From positions 5,146,001 to 5,210,000 of the forward strand of contig OZ249449.1 in assembly GCA_965235115.1 (NCBI GenBank): DNA of 64,000 bases. The letters are read 5' to 3'. The stretch's first letter is position 1; each line of letters opens with the position of its first letter. Source of the stretch: Laetmonice hystrix. Its lineage: Eukaryota. Shown one piece after another: positions 49,642 to 61,158 of the stretch. The notes under the pieces were generated by a model. The model was not told where the DNA came from. It saw only the letters and a list, made by a program, of their open reading frames with translations, and searched no databases. The translations under genes were made by a program, and so were the position numbers.

Positions 49642-51400
49642 GGATCCTCATGGTAACAATACAGGAAATTGTGTTGCTAAAACTGAAAATCCATTGTCAT
49701 TCCTAGCCGCAAGCATGTTTTCTAACGCTTAGTCCCGGTCCCCACACCTCTCAAATAACTTATCCTTATCTTTAGCCCTGTCCCTTACCCTAATCCTGAT
49801 CCCCAGACCTCCAACTTATCCTAATCCTTAGCCATGCCTCTTACACTAACCCCTAGTCCCAATCCCCAGACTTCCCAAAAACTTATTCTAATCATTAGCC
49901 ATGCATCTTAGTCTTACCCTAATCCCTAGTCCCGATCGTGAGACCTCCCAAAAACTTATCCTAATCCTTAGCCATGCCTCTTACACTAACCCCTAGTCCC
50001 AATCCCCAGACTTCCCAAAAACTTATTCTAATCATTAGCCATGCATCTTAGTCTTACCCTAATCCCTAGTCCCGATCGTGAGACCTCCCAAACACTTATC
50101 CTAATCCTTAGCCATGCATCTTACCCTAACCCCTAGACCTCCCAAAAACTTATCCTAATCCTTATCCCTGCCCCTTACCCTAACCCCTAATCCCGATCCC
50201 CAGACCTCCCAAACACTTATCCTAATCCGTAGCCATGCATCTTACCCCTAGTCCCAATCCCCAGACCTCCGAAACACTTATCCCAATCCTTAGCCATGCC
50301 TCTTACCCTAACCCCTATAGTCCAGATCCCCAGACCTCCCAAAAACTTATCCTAATCCTTAGCCCTGCCTTTTACCCTAACCCATCCCGATCCCCAGACC
50401 TCCCAAAAACGTATCCTTATGTTTAGCCATGCCTCTTACCCTAACCCCTATTCCCGATCCCCAGACCTCCCCAAAACGTATCCTTATCCGTCCCCTTCCC
50501 CTAGTCCCGATCCCCAGACTTCCCAAACACTTATCCTAATCCTTAGCCATGCATCTTACCCTAACCCCTAGTCCCGATCCCCAGACTTCCCAAAAACTTA
50601 TCCTAATCCTTAGCCATGCATCTTAGTCTTACCCTAATCCCTAGTCCTGATCACCAGACCTCCCAAAAACTTATCTTAATTCTTAGCCATGCCTCATGCC
50701 TCTTACCCTAACCCCTAGTCCCGATCCCCAAAAACTTATCCTAATCCTTAGCCATGCATGCCTCTTATCCTAACCCCTAGTCCCGATCCCCAGACCTCCC
50801 AAAAACTTATCCTAATCCTTAGCCATGCATCTTACCCTAACACCTAGTCCCGATCCCCAGACCTTCCAAAAACTTAGCCTAATCCTTAGCCATGCATGCC
50901 TTCTACCCTAACCCCTAGTCCCGATCCCCAGACCTCCCCAAAACTTAGCCTAATCCTTAGCCATTCATGCCTCTTACCCTAACCCCTAGTCCCGATCCCC
51001 AGTCCTCCCAAAAACTTATCCTAATCCTTAGCCATGCATGCTCTTACCCTAACCCCTAGTCCCGATTCCCAGACCTCCCAAAACCTTATCCCAATCCTTA
51101 GCCACGCCTCTTACCCTAACCCCTAGTCCCGATCCCCAGACCTCCCAAAAACTTATCCTAATCATTAGCCATGCCTCTTACCCTAACCCCAAGTCCCGAT
51201 ACCCAGACCTCCCAAAACCTTATCCTAATCCTTAGCCACGCCTCTTACCCTAACCCCTAGTCCCGATCCCCAGACCTCCCAAAACCTTATCCTAATCCTT
51301 AGCCACGCCTCTTACCCTAACCCCTAGTCCCGATCCCCAGACCTCCCAAAAACTTATCCTAATCCTCCAACTTCATGGGCATGCTACCATGGGGGAATAA
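49642..51400 (+). mobile_element. Full copy of the dominant non-autonomous element, with about 24 tandem 67-bp core repeats
   Basis: 5' end GGATCCTCATGGTAAC, 3' end GCTACCATGGGGGAATAA. Unit CCTAACCCCTAGTCCCGATCCCCAGACCTCCCAAAAACTTATCCTAATCCTTAGCCATGCCTCTTAC (period 67 at 51241/51308). Confidence 0.8.
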
Positions 51401-51796
51401 TTAACCCTCCTGTCCTCTGTCAACATCCTGAGTGGAGACATTACTGACAAGAGATAGCTGTCAACACAAACAGGTGAACGTTAAATAGTAATAAAATTAA
51501 TAATGATGAGAACTAAATATGCTCATAACTAATGAACTGTGGCTGTGACAGATGTCACATCAGTGTCACCACGACCAACAGGTGGGCGTGGTCACGACCG
51601 GTGTCACTGTCACTACGTGTGTGACACCGGGTGACCGCCGGCAGCAGGCCCAGGGCCGGGGAGAGTGCGGGGAGGGTCCCGGGAGAGGTATCCGGCCGGC
51701 CCTCCTCCCCCTCCCCCTCCTCCTCCTCCTCCTCCCCGGCCTGAGGTGTGCAGCCAGCGGATGCAGCGAGAACGTATCATAGAATCCAACACTTAC

Positions 51797-52141
51797 CGGC
51801 TGTCTACGAGCCGCCTCGTTGAGAGCTCTCAGCCACGACTCGACGATCTCAGGAGTGTTGTCGTAATGGAGGTAAAGCCAGGCGATGGTCGAGTTGATCC
51901 ACTGACATGTCTCTCCCTGTCCTGCTGTCCCCACGCCCCCCACGGCCCCCAAACCCTGGCCATCACCTGCGCCCAACCCCTTAGCGCGCGGCCGCCCGAA
52001 AAACCTCAAATAAAGGTTGATACATCCGACGACAATGAAGGCCGCGAGCAGCCACCCCAAGAACAACATGTCCAGTATATCCACGCGTCTCCACGAGAAC
52101 TGCTCGTACCACTCCAAAAATTTCTCGTACCTCTCCGCCAT
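51797..52141 (-). CDS. C2CD2L: C2CD2/C2CD2L (TMEM24)-family protein, coding exon 1: N-terminal TM helix and start of SMP domain
   Basis: Translates MAERYEKFLEWYEQF...ILDMLFLGWLLAAFIVVGCINLYLRFFG...ETCQWINSTIAWLYLHYDNTPEIVESWLRALNEAARRQP, then donor CCG|GTAAGT (phase 0). An upstream in-frame ATG at 52198 is an alternative start. The family call is from my recognition of the TM-SMP-C2 order and WxNxxxxWLY...WxxALNE motif, not a database search. Confidence 0.85.
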
Positions 52142-52199
52142 ATTTGTACATGTTTCCCCCAGCCTATACCAGATGAGCCGGGCCGTGATGTCGGCCATC

Positions 52200-53157
52200 G
52201 CGTGGGCCAATCACCGCCAAAACAATCCCAAAATAGCACCAGGCCGCCCGTTGGCCCGACCCCTCTCTACCACATACGCTACCGACGGCCTACCCGCAGT
52301 CCTGCCAATCACCGGCCCCCCGCCACCGCGCAACCGCCGCGACCATCCGGGCGAGCCCCCCTTCTTGCAGCCTGATGCAGCGGCAGCCCAGTTTGTTGTC
52401 AAGGTCAAGGCCACGCCCCTCGCTTCAGTATGAAAATGCAGGTTCGTCACGTGATGTATGGGGATTCCCTCCTCAAGCGCGAGCTCATGATTTACCGTTC
52501 AGACGTTTGAAGGAAAGCAGGCCTAGTCATCCTCAGGCAAAGCCTATTTATTAGCCTATAATAGGCTTAGCCTTAGGCTGGACCTGCTTCCTTATTCTAA
52601 AGCAGCATATAGGCCTATTCGACCTATATAGGCCCCTATAAGTTTGATCTTAATTGGTAAAAGCTAAATTTTCTCACTTAGACCTAAAAGAATAAACAAA
52701 TTTTCTGTGTGCAGTCATTGCCATCTTTTCATACTGATTACTGTGACGTACGTCCCTTACCCATAACTCCGTATGCTTCAGGAGAAAAAATACTTCCTTG
52801 TTCGCTTTAAAAAAGTTCATTTTAGGCCTAGCCAAGTGAGATTTACATCTATAGGCCTATAGGCCTAATTGACAAGGAAATGTCAATGTAAATGGAAAGA
52901 TCCCTGCACTTGTCTTGGGTTGCAGCCTTAATTGGTGCCTTATTTTGTATTGTTTTGCAACTTTGAGCAAGACGAATCCGTTTAAGTTATCAAAAAAATA
53001 GAGGGACTTTCAACATCAAGATAAATGCCACGTGTTACCACCAGGTGGCAGTGGCTCCCGATCCTAGAAAAGCTACATCCGGTGGGACAGTCACAGCAGA
53101 GAGCTCTCTGGTCACCTGGTCACAGAGCACAGATCGGTTCAAGCAGATCCACCGAAG
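52200..53157. promoter_or_regulatory. Probable bidirectional promoter between the C2CD2L-like gene and the THAP gene
   Basis: Start codons diverge about 1 kb apart. CCAAT at 52207 and 52305, GC-box/KLF GGCCACGCCCC at 52409, E-box GTCACGTGA at 52446, CTCF-consensus CCACCAGGTGGCAG at 53038-53051. Confidence 0.65.
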
Positions 53158-53359
53158 ATGCGACCCACGTGTTGTGTGGTAGGTTGTGACTACCGCGGCA
53201 GTCATGAGTTTCCAGCAGATATTGACAGGATGAAGGCATGGGTGACAGCCATTAAACGAGCCCAAAACCAGCAGGGCGACCTGTGGACGCCGGGCCCCTC
53301 GTCAGTCGTCTGCGTCCATCACTTCAAACCTTCCGACTACAAAACCCAAACAATAACCG
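53158..53359 (+). CDS. THAP-domain protein, exon 1 (C2CH zinc-coordinating DNA-binding domain)
   Basis: MRPTCCVVGCDYRGSHEFPADIDRMKAWVTAIKR...WTPGPSSVVCVHHFKPSDYKTQTIT+g|gtacgt. Contains the THAP C-x-x-x-x-C, FP, W and CxxHF motifs. Confidence 0.9.
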
Positions 53360-53399
53360 GTACGTTGTGCGGTGGTAACTGCATGGCATATAATGTTGC

Positions 53400-53616
53400 C
53401 AGGGTTTCCGCCAGAGGGTAAAATAGGTAAAATTCCGTACCCTAAAATTTTTCAAGGGTAGGGATCCTACCCTCAAAATATTCTCATGCCTGTAAAAACA
53501 ACCTGAGCAATGGGGCCTGCGAGTCATACATATATGTTTGGAATATAGATGGCAGCACTGGCGCTACACCCCTCCTCTGGTCCGTACCCTAATTTTTTTT
53601 TCTGGCGGAAACCCTG
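53400..53616. mobile_element. MITE with 5-bp TSD (hAT5-like) in THAP intron 1
   Basis: TIR CAGGGTTTCCGCCAG / CTGGCGGAAACCCTG; GTTGC duplicated. Confidence 0.85.
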
Positions 53617-53799
53617 GTTGCGTTTGTTGGTCATTTAATTGATGTGGTTTCTAAGTTGTAAAAATCACCAGTGGGTTGAGTCCCCCATGTCACTTTTTAT
53701 GGTTATTTTTTATTACTTTCAATTTTTATTGGAAATATATATCTAGAAAAACATGCGCCAGAATACTCTTTAATTTTGTTACTGTATTATTTTATTCAG

Positions 53800-53913
53800 G
53801 TGCCCCACCGCTGCAAAAGAGGCTGCTGGAGACAGCTGTCCCAAGTATTTTCTGGTGGGCTTTAAAGAAAGCAGAACGGAGGAAGAAGCGGGTTGCAGAA
53901 AGAGAGTCAAAGA
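53800..53913 (+). CDS. THAP-domain protein, exon 2 (AVP motif and basic tail)
   Basis: ttcag|(G)APPLQKRLLETAVPSIFWWALKKAERRKKRVAERESK+a|gtcagt. AVPSIF is the THAP C-terminal motif. The 3' boundary is uncertain; without splicing the frame stops at 53945. Confidence 0.8.
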
Positions 53914-54814
53914 GTCAGTTTATTTTGTTATCTCTATACATGTAAGACAGCCAAATTTTACACAAGAGAAATATATAGTTAATTTTATAATTTTATTCCC
54001 TATGCTGTATGATCTACTGCTAAATTTCTACAGTTGTACTCATTCTCTTCTCAGGACACCAGTAAATCTTCTTTCAATTTTTTTAGGCCAGTCTGTATTG
54101 TATAAGTGTGTCTAACCCTCATCATCAAGAGACTTAGAGTCCCTGTATATTTTATGGTTGCATGCTGGTTTAACAAAGGAAGGTGACAGATCTTCTACTC
54201 GACCAACTTATGTAATAAAAGCTGAAAAAGATGCCTTTGCCTTAATATTTCACACTTTGCTAACAAAAATCATCTGTGGGAGTAAGGTATATAAATATCA
54301 TTTGTATGTTGTGGCATTATGGGACGGGTACACTACATGCTGAAGTTATAACTCTGCGAGTTCTAAGATGTTATGCAAATTATGTCAGATACATCTGTCT
54401 CTTTGTAGTAATTTTCAAAGAAATGCTCTAAATCAGCCGTTAGTTTTGAAATGAAAGTGGTGTTCTTTTCGATCCTTATCACCTGGAAACCCTTGAAAAC
54501 CAAACTAAGTCACACCAGTGTCGTGCTGTGCACAGTCATGTGACCATGACTTGTATATAGTTGAATTAAAATTTTAGATTTTCCTGAGGGCAACACGTGG
54601 TGTTGCAAGGAATATGGCGCAACATAACCAAGGGTGTCCCCTTCAAAACACGCAGCGCAACAGTTAGCGTGTTCCTTCTCTGCACACTTCTCATGAATTC
54701 CGACAACACCGAGACTCAGTGTTGACTGTTGTTCCGTTTGAAGTAACGTTAGGTCAATGAAGCCCAATGTCAGATGTAGCTCTAAAACGCAATTATTAGG
54801 CCTAGTCTAGATTC

Positions 54815-57800
54815 CAGTGTTGCCAACTCTCACGGAATCTCCGTGACCCTCACGGATTTTGATGGGCAGAGGCCAGAGCCCATGAATTCACGGCTCACGT
54901 GTGATACTCAATATGGGCCAGTTTTTCTAGAAATGTACAATTGGCCAAAATCACACCTTGGTCTCTTCACAAGCCTGTAAATCATGGTTACTACCGCCTA
55001 AGGTCCCCTTTTTGGTAACATTTCATGCAGGACATCCTAAGCTTTCATAAAATATATACATTGTTATACTTTGGTACAACTCCTAACAAACTGCAACTAA
55101 TAGAAACTGAAAAATTGAGGAAAATTACCTTTTTTGCTCATAAATTAAGGCTTTGACACCCTATATCGTTTACAAACACATTGGGATCCTTATTTTGATA
55201 CGTGCTCATTGATCTATCATGGCTATATTGACATTCAAGGTGTATTCCAGGCCAACCAGGTGGTGGGGGTTTTTTTTATGGAGGATGGAGATTTTGTGTC
55301 AATTTTTAGGAACGTGCAAAACTTCTTTTTCTTCTATTATACTTTATCACATTGAACACTTATAAAACAGAAGTATATCCATTGCTGTAATCTACATGTA
55401 TTTCTCTATATTGTGTTAAATTCCTATTGGTGTAGCCAGAGCAGTGAAAAAGTTATTAACTCCCAAATCTCAGCAGTCTGGTTTTATACCAAAAATGTTT
55501 CTCACGTTCCTCAGATGGAAGATCTCATTTAACTTCCACATAAGATAATATCTTACACATTTAACATTTCATTACATTCCTTGCTAGATAATTCATTCCA
55601 TAAATAAGATTACTTCAGAAGAAACGGCCCTTTGAACTGCATTTATGATAGAAATTTCGAATGTTGGAACGTGAGAGAGATGGGAACGTGAGTAATGGGG
55701 GAAAGCATCTCACCGCATTTTTACCCTGTTCACTGGATAGAACGCCACAGCGCGTTGTGGTAAAGAGGAAAGTCGAAAGCGTGGTAAGTATCTAGCACTT
55801 TTTGAAACATTATAAAGCATTTCTACAGAATTATGGATGTATACATGTTGGCAAATGCCAGTCCGGATGTGAAAGGCATCGTTTTGGATCTAATTGACAA
55901 AATATAGAAATGTAATTAACCCTTCTTGCAATGTTTGTTTAACTTTGGGAAAGATTGATGTTTCCAATAGTGCCTCGTGCTTGAGCGGTAAGACAGCAGG
56001 CATTTCGCCGGCTGCTTTCGAAAGACTCAAGGTCGTTTCGTTCCGTGAGAAGTGGAACGTGAGTAATATGAATAGTGAGCCTTTCCAGAGGTTATATTTG
56101 ATGTTATTTTTCAACTTTGGCCAAGTAATTGTGCATAAATATGAATGAATAAAGATATAATTGTGTCTCCGTTTAGGTGGTTTGACGTTGTCCATTGTAG
56201 GCTTGAATATACCCCTTACTATACCCCTTACTCACGTTCCCTCTGTCTTTATTGTCCAATATCATCGCTGTTTTGAAGTGCTGTGATCTTATGATTTATT
56301 ATTAAACACAATTAAATCATTTGTTCATTATCTCTTCTATAAATTAAACCTATGTTCGGCCTTTTCATTAATGTAAACGCTGAGAAAAATGCATTAAATT
56401 CATGAATCGGGAACGTGAGTAAGAAAAGTGTCTCACGTTCCTCACATATCACAATCCCTGTTTTTTATAAACGACAGCAGGCTCACATCACTTCCTATAT
56501 GTTATTTCATATACTAATGATGACAAAATTCAAAATATATGTATTTGAATAGATATTTATATGTTGTCTTCTCTCAGCGTTGGGTAACAAAACTTACTCA
56601 CGTTCCACAACTGCTCTACAACACTCCACAACAACAACAACAAATTGAAAAAATATTTCAATCCCAATAATATTCTAAATTCAGATGTGTTTATGCATTA
56701 CCTTTAGATATACCACAGAAATGAATCCAAATTTAGAAATTTATTTTTTTGGTCATTCTGACATATTCCATTTTTTGGTGCTGGACATGGCTGGGTTGAA
56801 TACCGACCCTGCGTAACAATGGAATGCCAGGCCTTGTGTGTCCAGCCTCTTATCTAGTGGCTGGTGGCTTTTTGAGATGCAAAAAGCACATTCCAAAAGT
56901 AGAACAGGCCCCAACCCCTGGATAGTTGATTGGTTTTGAAGTGGCACTTTTTTGGCAATTTTACTTGACTGTCCCACAGGCCTGTCCCTCCTTTTTAATC
57001 TTACATTAAAAATAGGAACAATCCTGGGTCCACCAAGACATTGACTTATTTTAAACATTCCATTTTGTTTGTTTGAGCCTTTATAACATGTTTAAGTATT
57101 TTCATATGTCACAAGTTTCGCAGTCATTTGGAGGAGGACGAATACAGAGTCCCAGCTGGACTGGAGGCTAAAGAAGAAGGCGGAAGTCGGGGGGGGGGGG
57201 AGTTCAGGGCAAGGCAAAGTCAACGAATTTGAACTGATTGAATCATGTACAGGAGGGTTTGAGAATGCAATTGTTGTAAAACTATTTTGTTATTCCGAGT
57301 TTTTCAAGGGAGAAAATTCATGCTAGAAATTGCAAAATAATTTTAATCAGCGAAGTCTCTTCTTCAAGGTAACATATTGGGAATTTATGGGCTATGATGA
57401 AGTTTTCCATGATAAAATCAAGGAATGTAACATTTTTATGGTTATATTGAGTATTGGATGATATTTGACCTTCATAAGTGCCTTTGGGGAAATTGATGTC
57501 CTTGAGGAACGTGAGAAACTTTTTTAGGGAACGTGAGTAATATATCAAATGTTCTTATTCCAAGGGCTTCACAGCCATGCAATGCAAAATCAACGAATTT
57601 TAACTGATTGAATAATGTACAGGAGGGTTTGAGCATGCAATTGGTGTAAAAATATTTTATTATTCAGAGTTTTTCAAGGGAGAAAATTCATGTGAGAAAT
57701 TGCAAAGTAATTTTCATCAGTGAAGTTTTTTCTTTGTTGTAACATTTTTGCAATTTATGTGTCTCTGATGAAGTTTTCACAGATAAAATAAATTTGATAT

Positions 57801-58754
57801 GTTTACAGTCTAAATAAAACTTTTTGGGCGTTTTCGATCTTATTTAGTCTGTTTTTGATAAAAGTATGGACTTGGCGGAACGTGAGTAACCTTTTTGGGA
57901 ACGTGAGTAATAATAATAGGTGTCAATTTATTAGCTTACTGCAACATGGAAATCGGATAGAAATGAAATATAATGCTTGTTTTATAATAATAAGATGTGT
58001 GAAAAGTTAATAAAACAGTTTTAACATGCATATTTGGCACCTAAAAAGAACTAGAGAATACAGAATATTGTGAATATCTGATGGACATGATCCAGGAATT
58101 TTGGCAATTTCAGACCTATATTTTGGCTAACTGTTTCATAAGTTCATATTTGCCCCATATTGTTCATATTTGGCACATATCAGGGGAATGTTGTTAAAAT
58201 TTAATGGGCCAAATATAACTTTGTTCATTTAAATACAAGAGAAGGAAATTGCAAATATCTGAAGCAATGTCCAAAATCTTACTCACGTTCCACGAAAACG
58301 AAGTACATTTTTTTGGGGGGCTCTAAAAACTGACTGGATGGGAATTCCTGAGTATAATTAACTTTTTCAGAAAGATAAAATGTTCCTTTATCATAATCAA
58401 TGCAAATGATATAGGTTGGGAAAAGTTTTTAAAATTCCATATTCTCTTGGCCGCTGAGGGCGAATTGTACATTTCTAGAAAAACTGGCCCATATCTCACG
58501 GAATTTGGGGCAAATGGCAAATTTATCCAAATATCTCACGGAATTTTGGGCAAATGGCAAATTTATCCAAATATCTCACGGAATTTTGGGCAAATGGCAA
58601 ATTTATCCAAATATAACCCCCAAAATGTACAGAATCCACCATTTTTAACGTAAGATTTCAATTTTTCCCTGGGGGAGCATGCCCCCCAAACGCCTTCGCA
58701 GCTCCGGTGCTCGCCATGCACACAGCTAGAATTTTGTCCAGGTTGGCAACACTG
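54815..58754. mobile_element. 3.94 kb non-autonomous TIR DNA transposon (hAT-like ends, 6-bp TSD)
   Basis: 13-bp TIR CAGTGTTGCCAAC / GTTGGCAACACTG. AGATTC directly flanks both ends. A 32-bp subterminal inverted repeat sits at 54911 and 58463. No transposase recognised. Confidence 0.85.
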
Positions 58755-59329
58755 AGATTCTAGTTTTCAAAAAATAAGGACTAGTTCTAACTTGGTTTAT
58801 GAGATGTCATCACCCAGCCAGGCATAGCCATAGCCATACCAAAGAACGTCTAACGTTACAGTCTACATTATTTGGCCATACTGCCGTGAAATGACAAAAG
58901 GAACTTTCATCAAAATCGGCTTGAGTATAAATTTGGATTCAGGGAAGTAGGCTAAGTCCTATCTAGTATTAATGGGTGTACATGTATAAATTTCTGCTAA
59001 ACATCCTCATCACTGAATGATAGACAGCCTATGCTCACACAGACACACACGCACGTCAGTCACACGTTACCTCTCTTGACAAGGTCTTGTTTTCTTCGGG
59101 ATTTCTTGGCCCCGCGTTTAGACGTTTACCTAGTTCTTCTGTTAGCTGTTTTAATTAATGTCCATTCTCCTTAATCATGGTAATTAAGAGGCCATATCAA
59201 ATGAAAAACTATTAAAATATCTTCTAGACCACCCAAAGTTTACAAACCCTTCCAACGTGATAGTCTGTGTCAGCGTCCGTGTCAGCGGTGCCGTGCGGTC
59301 GCTGTGACGCTGTGACGTAGGCCCTAGCC

Positions 59330-59610
59330 TAGGCCGGGAGGCCTATCATTTTGCTGGCCTACTTTTCATGACCCAAGCATCTCGGGCGCCATCTACCGAT
59401 TAGTTGAAAAACTAATGTCAACGAATGGCATAATAACTCACCAGATGGCGCCTGGCATTAAAAGACAGCCGCGCCATCTCTCTTTTAGAATACACACTAT
59501 TTTGTAATATATGAAGGCGGTGGCGACATCACACGTTCACAATCTGAACGAGCTAAATAATTCCATTTTCCCCAACTCGAAAGTCCGCCATGTTTGATGG
59601 AAAGGTAAGG
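59330..59610 (+). promoter_or_regulatory. Candidate internal promoter and first exon of the zinc-finger gene
   Basis: Three AGATGGCGC (YY1/CTCF-like) motifs at about 59385-59480, YY1-type CCGCCATGTT at 59585, strong donor AAG|GTAAGG at 59604/59605. Confidence 0.5.
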
Positions 59611-60826
59611 TTGGGTGGCATATTTTCATGCCGTTTGAGGGGCAATCTTCTGTAGATAAGCTGCACACAAACGCCCAGATGTTAATAAGGAATACATCTT
59701 TACCTGAATCAGGCTGAGTGTTTTTATATATGGGCGACAGAGCTGTTAATCTAAATTTATACCGACAGTTCTTCCTGAGTGAGTGAAGTGAAAGGCACCC
59801 AGCGGTGTTGACCTAGTTTCCCATGAAGCAAGGTCAACAAGCCTCGATTTCATATCAGTACAAATGTGCCATGTCAGGCATGTGGTTGTCGGTCGCCTGA
59901 GTCAGGCCCTGACTGGGTCGGAGCTCTTTGACTTTGGTGGGAGATATCGCACACAATGACACAAGTCATGTTTTGCCGTTGTTAGGGTTGTAGACTAGTT
60001 TAATGCAGTGTTTCTTTTCTAGCACTGTAGCAGGTTTTTATTTTCTCAACAAGATGGGCAAGGAATGTGATGTTGTAGCGTAGGATAATGCTGGCAGCCA
60101 GGTGCAACCTGACACAATCGGGCACAGGGCCGTGCCCGGGGAGGGGTGGGGGGGTGGGGGGCCGGGGTGTCTGTATAACCCCCCTGAGTGCCAGAGATTT
60201 CTTTTTTTTAGGTCCTAACTACCACTTGGATCCGTCCACTGTAACCCCCCCCCCTCCACACCAAAACCCCCCTCCCCTCTCCCCCTCCCCCCCTGCACCA
60301 ATAACTCCCTCCCCCCCCCCCCCCAATCTCTGGGCATTGCCCTAAATTCAGGGCCAGGGCAAGGCAAGTCAAGCAGCAAAATAACCTGTTTCGCATCGCA
60401 AATTGCTGTACAACTGATGCATTTTGCTAATTATTTTCCAAAATATTCAGTGTACCGGGTAATTTAAGTACTAACAGTTAGATCTATCTGTGAATCAAAC
60501 TTTTATTTTGCTAGTCAAATTTTCTGGATTATTTTGCCCCTTGCAAGAGTAACTGATTAAACTGTGTGTTGCAATCACCTCCCCCCCCCCCCCTCATAAA
60601 AAAAGAAAGAAAAAAAAGAAAAAGAGAAAGTTGTCAAATGTCCATCCTCAAAGGCCAGTGTGAATCTGGAAGCCCAAACTGGAATCTAAATGCTGGATGA
60701 CTGATTGATTGTTAGGACTTGTGAAGTTCTGTCTGAATCTCGCAGAGTAGACGACTGCGACCCCCGCCCCCCTTGAAAAAAATTCTGAATCTGGCCGTGA
60801 TAAATGCTTTGTGTTTGTATTTCCAG

Positions 60827-61158
60827 TGAGGACGATCCTCCAGCGGCGACCTAACACACTGGGAGCATTCAGTATGGAACGAGTCCCAGATATCACTATC
60901 AAAGACGAACCCTCTGACCCTGAGAACGAGGGAGTCGTTGAGAAGGTAATCATCGACACGAAGGGCAAAATCACGCATTATTGTCATGGCGAAAAGAACA
61001 ATGAACCCTCAGAGTCAGAGACTGACAAGGAGAGCGTGGTGTCAACCAGTACGGATAGAGACGCTGACCCAGACTATATTCCTGATGAAATGACAGGGCA
61101 GAGAAGTGCACGAGCTGGTATTAAACGTGACATGCAGGAACAAACACTTGATTCAACA
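60827..61158 (+). CDS. Zinc-finger protein, acidic N-terminal exon
   Basis: ttccag|..RTILQRRPNTLGAFSMERVPDITIKDEPSDPENEG...QTLDST|gtaagc; phase 1-0. Internal ATG at 60874; IKxEP motif (SUMO-consensus-like, common in ZNF linkers). Confidence 0.8.

Noticed and set aside
49720-51370. Interstitial telomere
   Set aside because: CCCTAA occurs only once or twice per 67-bp unit inside an element with defined ends; there is no pure (TTAGGG)n tract.
51665-52433. 236-aa and 138-aa plus-strand ORFs
   Set aside because: Antisense shadows of GC-rich C2CD2L exon 1 and its promoter.
55890-57058. 101-aa ORFs inside the 3.94 kb element as transposase remnants
   Set aside because: No BED finger, DDE or hAT dimerisation motif was recognisable in the frames I translated; BLASTX would be needed to reconsider.
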